The notes: generated by a model not told the origin, from the sequence alone. A stretch of 64,000 nucleotides of DNA from Nitrospinales bacterium (GCA_965223795.1 CBDCXL010000002.1:1220030-1284029), one strand, 5' to 3'. Counted from the stretch's first letter, positions 17,089-26,891 are shown. Numbers and translations are program-made.

Positions 17089-18562
17089 AGAAGGCAGCAA
17101 GGACGCAGCGAAACAGGACCTACGCCGGGTCCGCAACCTGCGTGAACAGGCGGAACGCGGCGGCCCGGTGCTCAACCTGAGCTACGAACGGCTGGGAGAC
17201 GCGGGTCTGGTGCTGCTCACGCGGACGTTCGACCTGTCCCATGTCCGCACGCTCGATCTGAGCTGGAACGAAATCACCGGCACGGGCCTTGCAACGCTGT
17301 GCGACTGCACCTCGCTCGGTGGGCTGAAAACGCTGATCCTCGACGCCAATCGCATCGGCGATGCGGGCGCGAATGCACTTGCGGCGGCGCATTTCCCGAA
17401 TCTGGAAACGGTGAGCCTGGTGCAAAACCGGGTGGGCGACGACGGCGCGCTGCACCTGATCAAATCGAAAACGCTCGCCAATCTGAGACGGCTGGATCTG
17501 GAACTCAACCGCATCGGCCGTTCCCGGCTTTCCCGCTTTCCCGACGGCGCGGCGAACCCGGCGCTCAAATTTCTCAACCTCCGGCGCAACGCCATCGAAG
17601 ATGAAACGCTTGCCGACTGGATTCCCACAGGCGCGTTCGCGCCTATCGAACAGCTCAACCTCGGCTGGAATCAGATCGGCGACAGCGGTGCCGCAAAGCT
17701 GGCGGCGGCGCCGACGCTGGCCGATTTGAAAGAACTGTTTCTCGATTCCAATGCGATCGGCGATGCCGGCGCGAAAGCGCTGGCGGATTCAAAATACCTT
17801 GCCGCCCTTTCCAGGCTGCATCTTTTCGACAATGCGTTTTCCCGCGAAGGCGAGCGCGCGTTGTTGGACCTGCACGCGCGGGCGCTGCTGCGCGACTGCC
17901 TGCGCGACGGCGTTCTCGATTGCAACGAACGCGGTCTCGGCGCCAAGGACCTCGAAGCGCTGGTGCGATCGCAGGGATTCGCCGAGGTGACCGCGCTTTC
18001 GCTCAGAGGCAACGGGCTCGACCATAACGCCATGCGGGCGCTGGCCGCGGCGGGCGCGCAGCTCACGTCGCTCAACCTGATGGGCAATCCCATCGGCAAC
18101 AAGGGGGCGGTGATTCTGGCGGAATCGAACGCGGGATTGAAAACGCTCAATCTGGAACGCACCGGCATCCGCGCCGCCGGGTGTCTGGCGCTGGCCCGGT
18201 CGAAAACCCTGCAGGCACTGGAAACGCTCCATTTAAGCGGCAACGATCTCAGCGCCAAAGGCATCCGCCATCTGGGAGGTTCTTCCACGCTTGCCAAACT
18301 CAAACGCCTGAACGCCACGGACGTGGCGATGGGCGATGCCGGGTTCGTGTCGCTGGTGCAATCGGATCATCTGGGGAATCTGGAGGAACTGACGCTCAAC
18401 GGCAACGGCATCACGCGCGCGGGAATCGAAGCGTTCGCGCGCGCGTCGAACCTTGTGTCTCTGAAAAAGCTCGATCTCAGGCGCAACGATTTCAGATCCG
18501 AGGACTGCTTTTTCATGGCCGATTCGCCGCGGTTTCAGAAACTGGAGCGGCTCAGGTTCTGA
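17081..18562 (+). CDS. Leucine-rich repeat protein, RNI-like (about 16-17 repeats)
   Basis: 493 aa. Its ATG overlaps the upstream stop (ATGATTGA, 17081-17088). Repeats include LKTLILDANRIGDAGANALAAAHFPN and LKELFLDSNAIGDAGAKALADSKYLAA. Confidence 0.8.
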   Translation: MIEEGSKDAAKQDLRRVRNLREQAERGGPVLNLSYERLGDAGLVLLTRTFDLSHVRTLDLSWNEITGTGLATLCDCTSLGGLKTLILDANRIGDAGANALAAAHFPNLETVSLVQNRVGDDGALHLIKSKTLANLRRLDLELNRIGRSRLSRFPDGAANPALKFLNLRRNAIEDETLADWIPTGAFAPIEQLNLGWNQIGDSGAAKLAAAPTLADLKELFLDSNAIGDAGAKALADSKYLAALSRLHLFDNAFSREGERALLDLHARALLRDCLRDGVLDCNERGLGAKDLEALVRSQGFAEVTALSLRGNGLDHNAMRALAAAGAQLTSLNLMGNPIGNKGAVILAESNAGLKTLNLERTGIRAAGCLALARSKTLQALETLHLSGNDLSAKGIRHLGGSSTLAKLKRLNATDVAMGDAGFVSLVQSDHLGNLEELTLNGNGITRAGIEAFARASNLVSLKKLDLRRNDFRSEDCFFMADSPRFQKLERLRF

Positions 18563-18642
18563 CGCGCTGATTGGAAATCCTACCGGAGTGTGTTCGAAGG
18601 CCGATCTTGTCCGGGGACGACGGCTTTGCCCGAGCGGGCAAT

Positions 18643-18912
18643 TTATTTTCCGCTGGCGGCGAACCCTTTTTGCGCGACGCCGCTCCAGCCTTTGTTCTTC
18701 ATGCAGTAGTTGAAAATCTCCTGCCACTTGAGGGTCCAGGTGATGCCGCCGACGCCGAAACCCCGCGAAGCGGTGTCGGCTTTCTCGTTGCAGGCAGCGG
18801 TGTCGAGGGCGAGCTGTCTTTCCTGTTCCTGGGTCAGGGATTGGCGGGGGGGTGCGGAGGCGCAGTGGGCCAACAGCAGGGCACAGACCAGAATCAGGAG
18901 TGTTTTGGGCAT
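18643..18912 (-). CDS. Small secreted/lipoprotein-like hypothetical protein
   Basis: 89 aa. N-terminal signal MPKTLLILVCALLLAHCASA and additional Cys residues. No recognisable family. Confidence 0.5.
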   Translation of the reverse strand: MPKTLLILVCALLLAHCASAPPRQSLTQEQERQLALDTAACNEKADTASRGFGVGGITWTLKWQEIFNYCMKNKGWSGVAQKGFAASGK

Positions 18913-19193
18913 AGGTCCTCATCCGACCCTCCCAGCTCCCCTCTGGCAACGGGCCTTCCTCCTCGTTTGGCGTCCCCTCTATCAATTTAACACAATTGTT
19001 GCCGGGGCTAGACGCCGATGTGACGCTGGAGATTTAACCTTAAAGTCAGGGGAGTATCCGGGCTGCGAATTCATCCTGCGGCTTCCAGACGATGACAAAA
19101 CAGTTCATTTTATCATAACCCATTGATTTTATTAAATTATTTTACTACCCCGGCACGGCCGCAAGCGTTGCGTAAAAACGAAAGGGAACGATC

Positions 19194-19577
19194 ATGAAGA
19201 CAGCGTCCATGATTAAAAAATTTTCGTTCGAAATCATCGTGTCGGGCCTGTTCGTTTTTCTGGTCACCTTTTACTTTGTTTTTCCCCCGGTCGGCAAGGC
19301 CGAGGGGCAGACCGCCGATGTGTTGAGCGCGAAGGTCATGAAGCTTTACGACGCCGGAAATTACGCGCAAGCGGTGCCTTTGGCCCAAAAAGTACTGAGA
19401 ATCCGCGAGAACACGCAGGGCGCGGAACATCCGGACGTGGCCACCGCGCTGCAGACGCTGGCGGGCATTTACCAGGCGGTGGGCGATTATGAAACCGCCG
19501 CGCCGCTGGATCAGCGGGCGCTGGAAATCCTGAAAAAACACGAAGCGTCCGCACCGGCATCAGAACCCGCCTCCTGA
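19194..19577 (+). CDS. TPR-repeat protein with N-terminal membrane anchor
   Basis: 127 aa. Hydrophobic N-terminus and kinesin-light-chain-like TPR (YAQAVPLAQKVLRIRENTQGAEHPDVATALQTLAGIYQAVGDYETA). Confidence 0.65.
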   Translation: MKTASMIKKFSFEIIVSGLFVFLVTFYFVFPPVGKAEGQTADVLSAKVMKLYDAGNYAQAVPLAQKVLRIRENTQGAEHPDVATALQTLAGIYQAVGDYETAAPLDQRALEILKKHEASAPASEPAS

Positions 19578-19873
19578 CAGTCCGGGCTTTTCCAGCCCTT
19601 TTGCGTGACCCTCCCTGATTTTCCCCGCCTTATTGCGGCTTGCATCGCGGTTGACAAGTGGCGTGAGCTGAAATAAATTGTAGGGTATCCCAAAGGTTCG
19701 ACGAGGACCTCCACTGTTTCGAACAATTTCTTTAAGGCCGCTCACGGGCCGCGACTTCAAAAGGCCCTTCCCAGACCTGAGCCACGCATTCAGAAGCACA
19801 TACTGGGTCAAACGTATTCACCGGGACGCCGGGGTGAGCGATGCCGATCGACAACCTCAACAGGGGAAGTGAA

Positions 19874-20443
19874 ATGAAACTTAAAACGCGAGTGTGCGCC
19901 GGACTGGTTTTCGCGTTCGCGGTCGCTTTATCGGGCTGCAACCAGGGTGCGGAGCAGAAAAAAGAAGGCCCCACGACGTCCGAGAGCAGCGTGAAAGAGG
20001 GACAGCCCCCTTCCGCTCTGGCGGGGATCAAAAAGGAAGTGAAGGAAACCACCGAAAAGGTCGTGGAGAAGGTGGAAGAAACGACGGAAAAGGTGGCTGA
20101 GAATATCGAAGAAAAAACCGACCAGGCGGTGGGCATGATCGCCAAGCTGGCCAACAGCGGCGCGCTTCTGGTACCGATTGAAACCGACGGCGGACCGGAA
20201 AACAACGAAGGCGTCGGCCACTACAAGGAAGGTCACTGGGAGGTTTCCGAAAAGCATTTCCGCAAAGCGCTGGAAGCAAATTCCGAACTTCCGGAGGCGC
20301 ATTACAATCTGGCTCTGACTCTGGACAAGCTGGACAAGCACCAGGAAGCCACCAACCACTTCGAGACCGCCCTGGATCTCGATCCGGACAATCCCAAGAT
20401 CCGCGACTCGGAAATTTTGCAGGACCATGTGGGCGGCAGCTGA
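19874..20443 (+). CDS. Lipoprotein with TPR motif
   Basis: Trimmed to ATG 19874 (MKLKTRV). Lipobox ALSGC. Internal ETTEKV repeats. C-terminal TPR (AHYNLALTLDKLDKHQEATNHFETALDLDPDN). Confidence 0.65.
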   Translation: MKLKTRVCAGLVFAFAVALSGCNQGAEQKKEGPTTSESSVKEGQPPSALAGIKKEVKETTEKVVEKVEETTEKVAENIEEKTDQAVGMIAKLANSGALLVPIETDGGPENNEGVGHYKEGHWEVSEKHFRKALEANSELPEAHYNLALTLDKLDKHQEATNHFETALDLDPDNPKIRDSEILQDHVGGS

Positions 20444-20455
20444 CCGGCCCGCGCG

Positions 20456-21247
20456 CTATTCCCGCGGGGTTTCCATTTTGCGGGCGATGAACAGGTGGTT
20501 CTGCACGAACGGCCGAAACACCGCCGCCAGGGCGGTATCGGCGGCGTTGTAGGCCTTGACGAAGGCGGCGCTGTTTTTCATTCCGGCGGGCAGCCGTGCA
20601 AGCTCGTTACGCGGCAGGAATGCGTAGGAGCGGAGGCTCTCCAGCTTGAGCCCGGAGTCCCGGCACAAACGGCGGATGCCCGCGTGCGTGAACTTGTAGG
20701 GATGCTGGTGCTTGGAGGGAAACAGGCGGACGAGCGTTTCGATCCAGCTGAACCTGTTGGGAAAATGAAAGCACAAAAACCGGCCGCCGGGTTTTAAGAT
20801 GCGGCGGATTTCCAGCAGGCTTTTCACCTCGTCGCCGCCGTGCTGGCGCACGTGTTCGAGCACCCCAACAGACACCACCGCGTCGAACGTCTCCGCTTCA
20901 TAAGGCAGCGCCACCGGATCGCCGTCACTCTCCCGGTAGCGGTAGGTTTCCGGGTAGCGGCTCTCCAGTGTCCTGGGAACCGGGCAGCCTTGGGGATTGT
21001 AATCGTCCGCGGAGACGACGTTGAAACCTTCGGCGCGGTAGCCCTGGTGCAGCAGAAACGCGCTGAAATGACCGTCGCCGCAGCCCCAGTCCAGCACCCT
21101 CGCACCCGATTCGACCATTCGCGTTACATATTCGTAAACGATCCAGTACTGCGCGGCGGTGGCGGGATTGTCGAACCGGGGCAGGTTCCATTCGTTGAGC
21201 TGCGGGTACACCTCCATCCAGCGGCGTTCGCGTTCACTCCACGGCAT
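20456..21247 (-). CDS. Class I SAM-dependent methyltransferase
   Basis: 263 aa with motif I VLDWGCGDG and post-I/motif III pattern (FDAVVSVGVLEHV ... LKPGGRF). Confidence 0.8.
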   Translation of the reverse strand: MPWSERERRWMEVYPQLNEWNLPRFDNPATAAQYWIVYEYVTRMVESGARVLDWGCGDGHFSAFLLHQGYRAEGFNVVSADDYNPQGCPVPRTLESRYPETYRYRESDGDPVALPYEAETFDAVVSVGVLEHVRQHGGDEVKSLLEIRRILKPGGRFLCFHFPNRFSWIETLVRLFPSKHQHPYKFTHAGIRRLCRDSGLKLESLRSYAFLPRNELARLPAGMKNSAAFVKAYNAADTALAAVFRPFVQNHLFIARKMETPRE

Positions 21248-21272
21248 GCGGCTTCCTTTTCACGAATCAGGC

Positions 21273-21306
21273 AAAAAAAAGCCCGCAGGGTGAAAACCCC
21301 GCGGGC
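21273..21306 (-). terminator. Rho-independent terminator after the NuoF-like gene
   Basis: On the minus strand: GCCCGCGGGG-UUUUCA-CCCUGCGGGC (10-bp stem, one G-U) followed by U8. Confidence 0.75.
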
Positions 21307-21324
21307 CGGAAAATCTTAAAATCG

Positions 21325-23151
21325 TCAGAGGATCGCCAGGAAATTGCAGGCCTCGTAACAGGCGTTGCAGTTGATGCACAGATCCATGTCGATGTGCGCG
21401 GCGACTTTGCGGGTGCCGCCGGTGATGGCGCCGGTGGGACAGGGCTTGATGCAGGCCCCGCAGGCGACGCACTCTTCCTCTTTCACGTAGTAGCGGTACA
21501 GCCCGGTGCATTTGGCGGCGTCGCAGATCTGATCGACGATGTGGCGCTCGTATTCCTTGCGGAAATACTTGATGCCGGTCAGCACGCATTTGACCGCCGT
21601 TTCGCCGAGACCGCACAACGATGTGACGTTGATCTCCTCGCACAGGGCCTCGAGTTTGTCGAGGTCTTCCATCTTGCCGCGGCCCTCGGAGATGTCGTCG
21701 AGCTTGTTCTTGATCAGCGACAGGCCGATTCTGCAGGGCGTGCATTTACCACAAGTCTCGCCTTCGTTGAAGCCCATGGAAAACTTGGCCAGGTCGATCA
21801 CGCAGGCGGAATTGTCGTAGGCGGAAAAGCTCGCCTGCCCCATCAGCACGCCGGCGTCGAGCAGGCTCTCGTAGTCCATGGTGATGTCGGCCTTCTCCGG
21901 AGGCAGGAACCCGCCGGTGACGCCGCCCACATGGATGACCTTGAGTTCTTTTTTCTTCACGATGCCGCCGCAGATGTCGTCGATGACCTGGCGGAAGGTG
22001 AGCCCCATGTCGAGCTCCATCAGTCCGTTGTACTTGAGGTTGCCGGCGATGGCCCAGGTCTTGACGCCCTTGGCGTTGGGTGTGCCGAATCCGCCGTACC
22101 AGTCGGCGCCCTTGCGGATGATGGGCGGCACGGACGCCCAGGTCTCGGCGTTGTTGAGCAGCGTCGGCCGGCCCCACAGTCCCTTTTCGGTGGAGTGCGG
22201 CGGCTGCGCCTTGGGAAAGGGCCGCTTGCCTTCGATGGAGGCCATGAGCGCGGTGGATTCGCCGCCGATGAACGCCTCGATGCCTTCGTGGATGGAGATG
22301 TCGATGGAAAAATCGGTGCCCAGGATGTTCTTGCCGAGCAGGTTGCGCTCCTTGGCCTGCTCGATCGCCATGTTGAGCCGCTTCACGGCGATGGCGTAAT
22401 CGGAACGGGTGTAGATGATGCCTTCGGTCGCGCCGATGGCGTAAGCGCCGATGATGAGGCCTTCGAGCATCTGGTGCGGGCTGCCTTCCATGACGCTGCG
22501 GTCCATGTAGGAGGCCGGGTTGCCTTCGTCGCCGTTGACCAGGATGTAGCGCACGCCGTCGGGCGTGAACGCCTTGGAGGCTTTCTCCCATTTGTGGCCG
22601 GTGACGAAACCGCCGCCGCCCTTGCCGCGCAGGCCGGATTTTTTGATCTCTTCGATCACTTCGGCGGGCTTCATGCCGGTGATGACTTTCTTCAGCGCCT
22701 CGTAGCCGCCGACGGCGATGTATTCGTCGATGTTTTCCGGATCGATGGCGCCGCCGAATTCCATGGCCACGCGGTCCTGCTTTTTGAGCTGCTCGTAATA
22801 GTCTTCCTTGGCGGCGGCCTTCTTGAACACCTTGCCGCCGACAATATGATCCTTGAGGATCTTGGAGACCATGTCGGGCTTCACTTTTTCGTAGGTGACG
22901 CGCGGCTCACCGGGGACGTACACGTCCACCAGGACATCGCGGCTGCAGTAACCGCGGCAGCCCACCTGGCCCATGTTGCACTGCCGGTCGCCCAGCTCGG
23001 CGTTGGCTTCCATGGCGGCGATCTGTTTTTCGAATTCCGCGTACACTTCCTTGCCGCCCTCGGCCACGCCGCTCAGGCTGAGGCAGACGGTGATTTTGAC
23101 CGTACCTTGTTTTTCCGCAGTCGCTTGGGCTTGTTCCTGAACCGCTTCCAT
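21325..23151 (-). CDS. NuoF/HydB/HoxF-like NAD(P)H-binding flavoprotein with extra Fe-S domains
   Basis: 608 aa. Cys-rich thioredoxin-like N-terminus, GLRGKGGGGFVTGHKWE, ETCGKCTPCR, and a C-terminal 2x[4Fe-4S] ferredoxin (CVACGACIKPCP, CINCNACYEAC). Confidence 0.85.
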   Translation of the reverse strand: MEAVQEQAQATAEKQGTVKITVCLSLSGVAEGGKEVYAEFEKQIAAMEANAELGDRQCNMGQVGCRGYCSRDVLVDVYVPGEPRVTYEKVKPDMVSKILKDHIVGGKVFKKAAAKEDYYEQLKKQDRVAMEFGGAIDPENIDEYIAVGGYEALKKVITGMKPAEVIEEIKKSGLRGKGGGGFVTGHKWEKASKAFTPDGVRYILVNGDEGNPASYMDRSVMEGSPHQMLEGLIIGAYAIGATEGIIYTRSDYAIAVKRLNMAIEQAKERNLLGKNILGTDFSIDISIHEGIEAFIGGESTALMASIEGKRPFPKAQPPHSTEKGLWGRPTLLNNAETWASVPPIIRKGADWYGGFGTPNAKGVKTWAIAGNLKYNGLMELDMGLTFRQVIDDICGGIVKKKELKVIHVGGVTGGFLPPEKADITMDYESLLDAGVLMGQASFSAYDNSACVIDLAKFSMGFNEGETCGKCTPCRIGLSLIKNKLDDISEGRGKMEDLDKLEALCEEINVTSLCGLGETAVKCVLTGIKYFRKEYERHIVDQICDAAKCTGLYRYYVKEEECVACGACIKPCPTGAITGGTRKVAAHIDMDLCINCNACYEACNFLAIL

Positions 23152-23618
23152 TTGATAGGATCTCCTAAAAAAGCATGGACCCGAATTTGATTTATTGAGA
23201 TTGCCTCCCGACGGGGGAGCGCATCCGATTCAAACCGTTTGATAACCTATGATTTTAACATCAATCGGCTTCCCCACCTAGCCGGAAAACCCTTCCGATT
23301 CTAGTCACCGTTTCGGGGGTTGTCAACGCTAAGCGGTCGAAGCCGCATGGAATCTCCGCACCGAAATCCCCGGCTTTTTAGCCGGTTACAGCCAGCGGCC
23401 TGCGGGGAAGCCGTTGAGCCCGCTTGCGCTTCGATGTCCGCCGTTTCGAAGGGCGCGCGGGAATGCCTTTGCATCCGGCCCGCGATCTCGCTCTACTTGC
23501 CTGATTTTCCGTGAGTTTTCGGCGCAGCACGAAACCGGGCCGCAGGTTGCCGAACGACCGCTGCGTTACAATTTCTGCAAAGCGATCTCAGCCCTGCCGG
23601 TGTGATCCACCGCCCTTC

Positions 23619-24683
23619 TTACGGCGTGAGCCGGCCGATCTTGCTGTTGAACTGCCCGCGGAAATAACGGCCGGTTTCGACGAACCAGACGTTGCCGTCT
23701 TTATCCAGCGTCAGCGCGTTGGGATGCGCTTTCTTCGTGGGGATTGCAAACTCCTGCATCCCCTCGTGCGTTCCGGGCTTCGCCTTGCCCAGATCCAGAA
23801 GGCCGATGCTGTTGGCGTGGTTGAGCGCCACCCAGATGCGGTTGCGCCGATCGTCCACGACGAGATCGTGCGTGCCCTTGCGCTTTCCGGGAAGCGGGTA
23901 TTCCACCAGCTTCGGCGCGCCGCCGTCGAGGTCCAGCCGCGTGATCTTGTTGGCGAAAAACTGGGTGAACCAGATGCCGCCGTCTTGCGACTTGGTCATG
24001 GCGTGCGGCACCGAGCGCTCGGGAGGCACGGCGATCTCTTCAACCACTTTGCCGGTGCTCATGTCGAGTGCGGCGACTTTGTTGAAAAACACCTTGGCCC
24101 AGAACTTGCCGCCCTGGGTGTACCAGATCTTGCCGTTGTCGATCACCAGATCGTGCGGATGGCCCGGATTGACGGGGTGCTCTTTGATTTCGCCGGAGGC
24201 GGGATCGAGCCGTGCGATCTTGTCGGTTTCAAACTGGGCGAACCAGATGCCGCCGTCCTCCGCTTCGACGAGGTGGTGCGGTTCGCTTTTGGGCGTGGGG
24301 ATGGGATACTCCTGAATCGCTCCGGTCTTGGGGTCGAGGCGGCCGATGCGGTTGCCGTTCATCTCGGAAAACCACACCGTGCCGTTTCGGGCAACCATGA
24401 TGGCGTTGGGCTGGCTGTTCTTTTGCGGCAGAGCGTATTCGGTGATGCCTTTGGACGTCCCGGCCTCCACCTTCGCCGGGTCGAGCCTGCCGATCCGGCC
24501 CGCGTTGATCATGGTGAACCATAAGATCCCATCGTTGTCGAACGCCAGTCCCGCCGGGCTGCTGTCGGCGGTGGGCGTGACGTACTCCTCGATGTTCGCG
24601 GCCTGGGCGGACTGGGCCAAAAACAACAAAACAGCGGCGGCGAACGTCCGCGCGCGGCGGAAAGCCGGGTTGTGCGGTGCCAT
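23619..24683 (-). CDS. Secreted beta-propeller protein, virginiamycin B lyase (Vgb)-like repeats
   Basis: Signal peptide ending AQSAQA. Repeated blades of the form I.EY.(I/L)P....P..(I/L)....G.(I/V)WF.....N.I(G/A)RLD. Confidence 0.7.
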   Translation of the reverse strand: MAPHNPAFRRARTFAAAVLLFLAQSAQAANIEEYVTPTADSSPAGLAFDNDGILWFTMINAGRIGRLDPAKVEAGTSKGITEYALPQKNSQPNAIMVARNGTVWFSEMNGNRIGRLDPKTGAIQEYPIPTPKSEPHHLVEAEDGGIWFAQFETDKIARLDPASGEIKEHPVNPGHPHDLVIDNGKIWYTQGGKFWAKVFFNKVAALDMSTGKVVEEIAVPPERSVPHAMTKSQDGGIWFTQFFANKITRLDLDGGAPKLVEYPLPGKRKGTHDLVVDDRRNRIWVALNHANSIGLLDLGKAKPGTHEGMQEFAIPTKKAHPNALTLDKDGNVWFVETGRYFRGQFNSKIGRLTP

Positions 24684-24798
24684 GACGAATTCCTCCTGAT
24701 GGAAGCAGATTGAGGTTGATTGCGGTATGGCTTAAATATAAACTCTTACCTCAAAGTCACAACCCCGATTTTTCATTTCCCCTTCCGGTTGACACTCT

Positions 24799-26361
24799 AT
24801 GATCAAAACCACGGTTCACCATGAAGATCCACTGACGCACAAAACACCCTGTCTCATCGTTTTCTGCCCGGAGGAAGCCAAACCGGGCAAATTTCTCAAA
24901 CAGATCGACTCCCGCCTCAACGGCGCGGTGACAGCCGCTTACAAAGACAAGCGCTTCGAAGGCAAGCCGCAGCAGACGCTGTGCCTGAACGCGATGGGCG
25001 CGCTGGGGGCGGAGCACGTTCTGTTGGCGGGGATCGGCGCCGTTAAAACACTCAACGTGGAGACCGTGCGCCAGGCGGCGGGATGCGCCGCGAAAGCGGC
25101 GGAGCAGGCGCGCATGGCGAAGGCTTCGTTTTATCTGGAGGACGCCTCCGTGGGCAAGGCGTTCGCCGGCGGTAAAAACAAGGATCACGCCGCCGGTGCG
25201 GTGACGGAAGGGAGCCTTCTGGCGCTCTATCACTTCGATCATTACAAAAGCGCGGACGACGGCGACAAGCCGAGCCGCCTCGAAGCGGTCGCGCTGTTGT
25301 GCGATGCGAAAGCACAGGTGGCCGCCGCCAGGGCCGCGATGGACAAGGCACGCGCCCTGGCCCAGGCGGTGTGCCTGACCCGCGATCTCATCCTGCACCC
25401 GTCCAACCGGGCCACGCCTTCGTACCTCGCGCAGCAGGCGCGCGCGATCGCGAAGAAACCGAAAGTCACCTGCAAGGTGCTCGGCGAAAAGGAAATGAAG
25501 AAGCTCGGCATGGGCTCGTTTCTCGGCGTGTCCAAGGGCAGCCACGAGCCGCCGGCGTTCATCGTGCTGGAGTATTCGGGCGGCAAAAAATCCGACGCTC
25601 CCGTGGTGATCGTGGGCAAGGCGGTGACCTTCGACACGGGCGGCATCTCGCTCAAGCCGCCCGCCAACATGGATGAGATGAAGATGGACATGTCCGGCGG
25701 CGCGGTGACGCTGGGGACGCTTCAGGCGGCGGCGGACCTCAAGCTGCCGATCAACGTGGTGGGACTGGTGCCGGCGACGGAAAACATGCCGGGCGGTTCG
25801 GCGACCAAGCCGGGGGACGTTCTCACCAGCATGTCGGGGAAAACCATCGAGGTGCTCAACACCGACGCGGAGGGCCGGCTGATCCTGGCGGACGCGCTGA
25901 GCTACGCGGCGCGCTACAAGCCCAAAGCGCTGATCGACCTGGCCACGCTGACCGGAGCGGTGATCGTGGCGCTGGGGCATTACGCGGCGGCGGTGATCGG
26001 CAACGACGACGGCCTGATCGAAAAACTCAAAAACAGCGGCGAGGAAACGGGCGAGCGTGTGTGGCCGCTGCCGCTGTGGGACGAGCACGACAAGGCGGTC
26101 AAGGGAACGATCGCGGATCTGAAAAACATCGCCGCGCCGGGCGTCGGGGCGGGCACGATCATGGGCGCGGCGTTTTTAAAGCCGTTCGCCGGAGAGGGCC
26201 CGTGGACCCACATCGACATCGCGGGGACTTCCTGGTCGGGCGAGGAAAAACCCTACGTCCCCAAAGGCGCGTCGGGATTCGGGGTGCGCCTGCTGACGCA
26301 TTTTCTCGAACAGGAAGCGAACGCGGGCAAACCGAAACGCAAAAGCGCGCGCAAAAAATAA
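24799..26361 (+). CDS. pepA: Leucyl aminopeptidase (M17)
   Basis: 520 aa with the M17 signature NTDAEGRLILADAL and the VGKAVTFDTGGISLKP block. Confidence 0.9.
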   Translation: MIKTTVHHEDPLTHKTPCLIVFCPEEAKPGKFLKQIDSRLNGAVTAAYKDKRFEGKPQQTLCLNAMGALGAEHVLLAGIGAVKTLNVETVRQAAGCAAKAAEQARMAKASFYLEDASVGKAFAGGKNKDHAAGAVTEGSLLALYHFDHYKSADDGDKPSRLEAVALLCDAKAQVAAARAAMDKARALAQAVCLTRDLILHPSNRATPSYLAQQARAIAKKPKVTCKVLGEKEMKKLGMGSFLGVSKGSHEPPAFIVLEYSGGKKSDAPVVIVGKAVTFDTGGISLKPPANMDEMKMDMSGGAVTLGTLQAAADLKLPINVVGLVPATENMPGGSATKPGDVLTSMSGKTIEVLNTDAEGRLILADALSYAARYKPKALIDLATLTGAVIVALGHYAAAVIGNDDGLIEKLKNSGEETGERVWPLPLWDEHDKAVKGTIADLKNIAAPGVGAGTIMGAAFLKPFAGEGPWTHIDIAGTSWSGEEKPYVPKGASGFGVRLLTHFLEQEANAGKPKRKSARKK

Positions 26362-26405
26362 CACGTCTGGTTAGACTTCATTGTTAAAGCGGAGACGCGG
26401 AGCCC

Positions 26406-26891
26406 TTGCCCAGTTTCTTCATCGTTTTTTTGCATCTTTCGGCCGCGGCGGTGGCCATCGGCAGCCTGGCCTACGGTCTGATGGTGCTGCTGCCGGCAGT
26501 GGAAAAAGAGGCAACGTCGAAGCCCGATGAAAACGCCCCCGCCTACAAAATCCTCACGACGCTGCAACCCACGGTGTTCGTGTCGCTGCTCATCCTGGTG
26601 GGAACCGGCATCTACACGCTGCTGACCCAGTATTCGCGCCAGGGCGAACTGCCTTCCAGCTATTACGACATTCTTGGGATCAAGATGGTGTTTGCGCTGA
26701 CGGCGGTGGCGCTCAGCCTGTACCAGACCTTTTCACTGCGGCCGCAGATTTCCGACCTGGACATCCGCCCGGAAAAACGCAAGCAGATTCCCGCCGTGCT
26801 CAAGCGCATGCGCACGTTGAGCCAGCTCACGCTGACGGCGGCGGCGGCGGCACTGTTTCTCGGTGTCTGGCTGGCGCGCATCGCGGGATAA
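26406..26891 (+). CDS. Hypothetical integral membrane protein
   Basis: 161 aa with about 4 hydrophobic segments. TTG start as listed in the ORF track. No family recognised. Confidence 0.5.
   Translation: MPSFFIVFLHLSAAAVAIGSLAYGLMVLLPAVEKEATSKPDENAPAYKILTTLQPTVFVSLLILVGTGIYTLLTQYSRQGELPSSYYDILGIKMVFALTAVALSLYQTFSLRPQISDLDIRPEKRKQIPAVLKRMRTLSQLTLTAAAAALFLGVWLARIAG

Noticed and set aside
16423-18562. Single LRR gene split by a frameshift (pseudogene)
   Set aside because: The second ORF has its own ATG overlapping the first stop. It starts with a non-repeat basic cap analogous to the N-terminus of the first ORF, not with a repeat continuing in phase. The two are kept as coupled genes, although only comparison with relatives can settle it.
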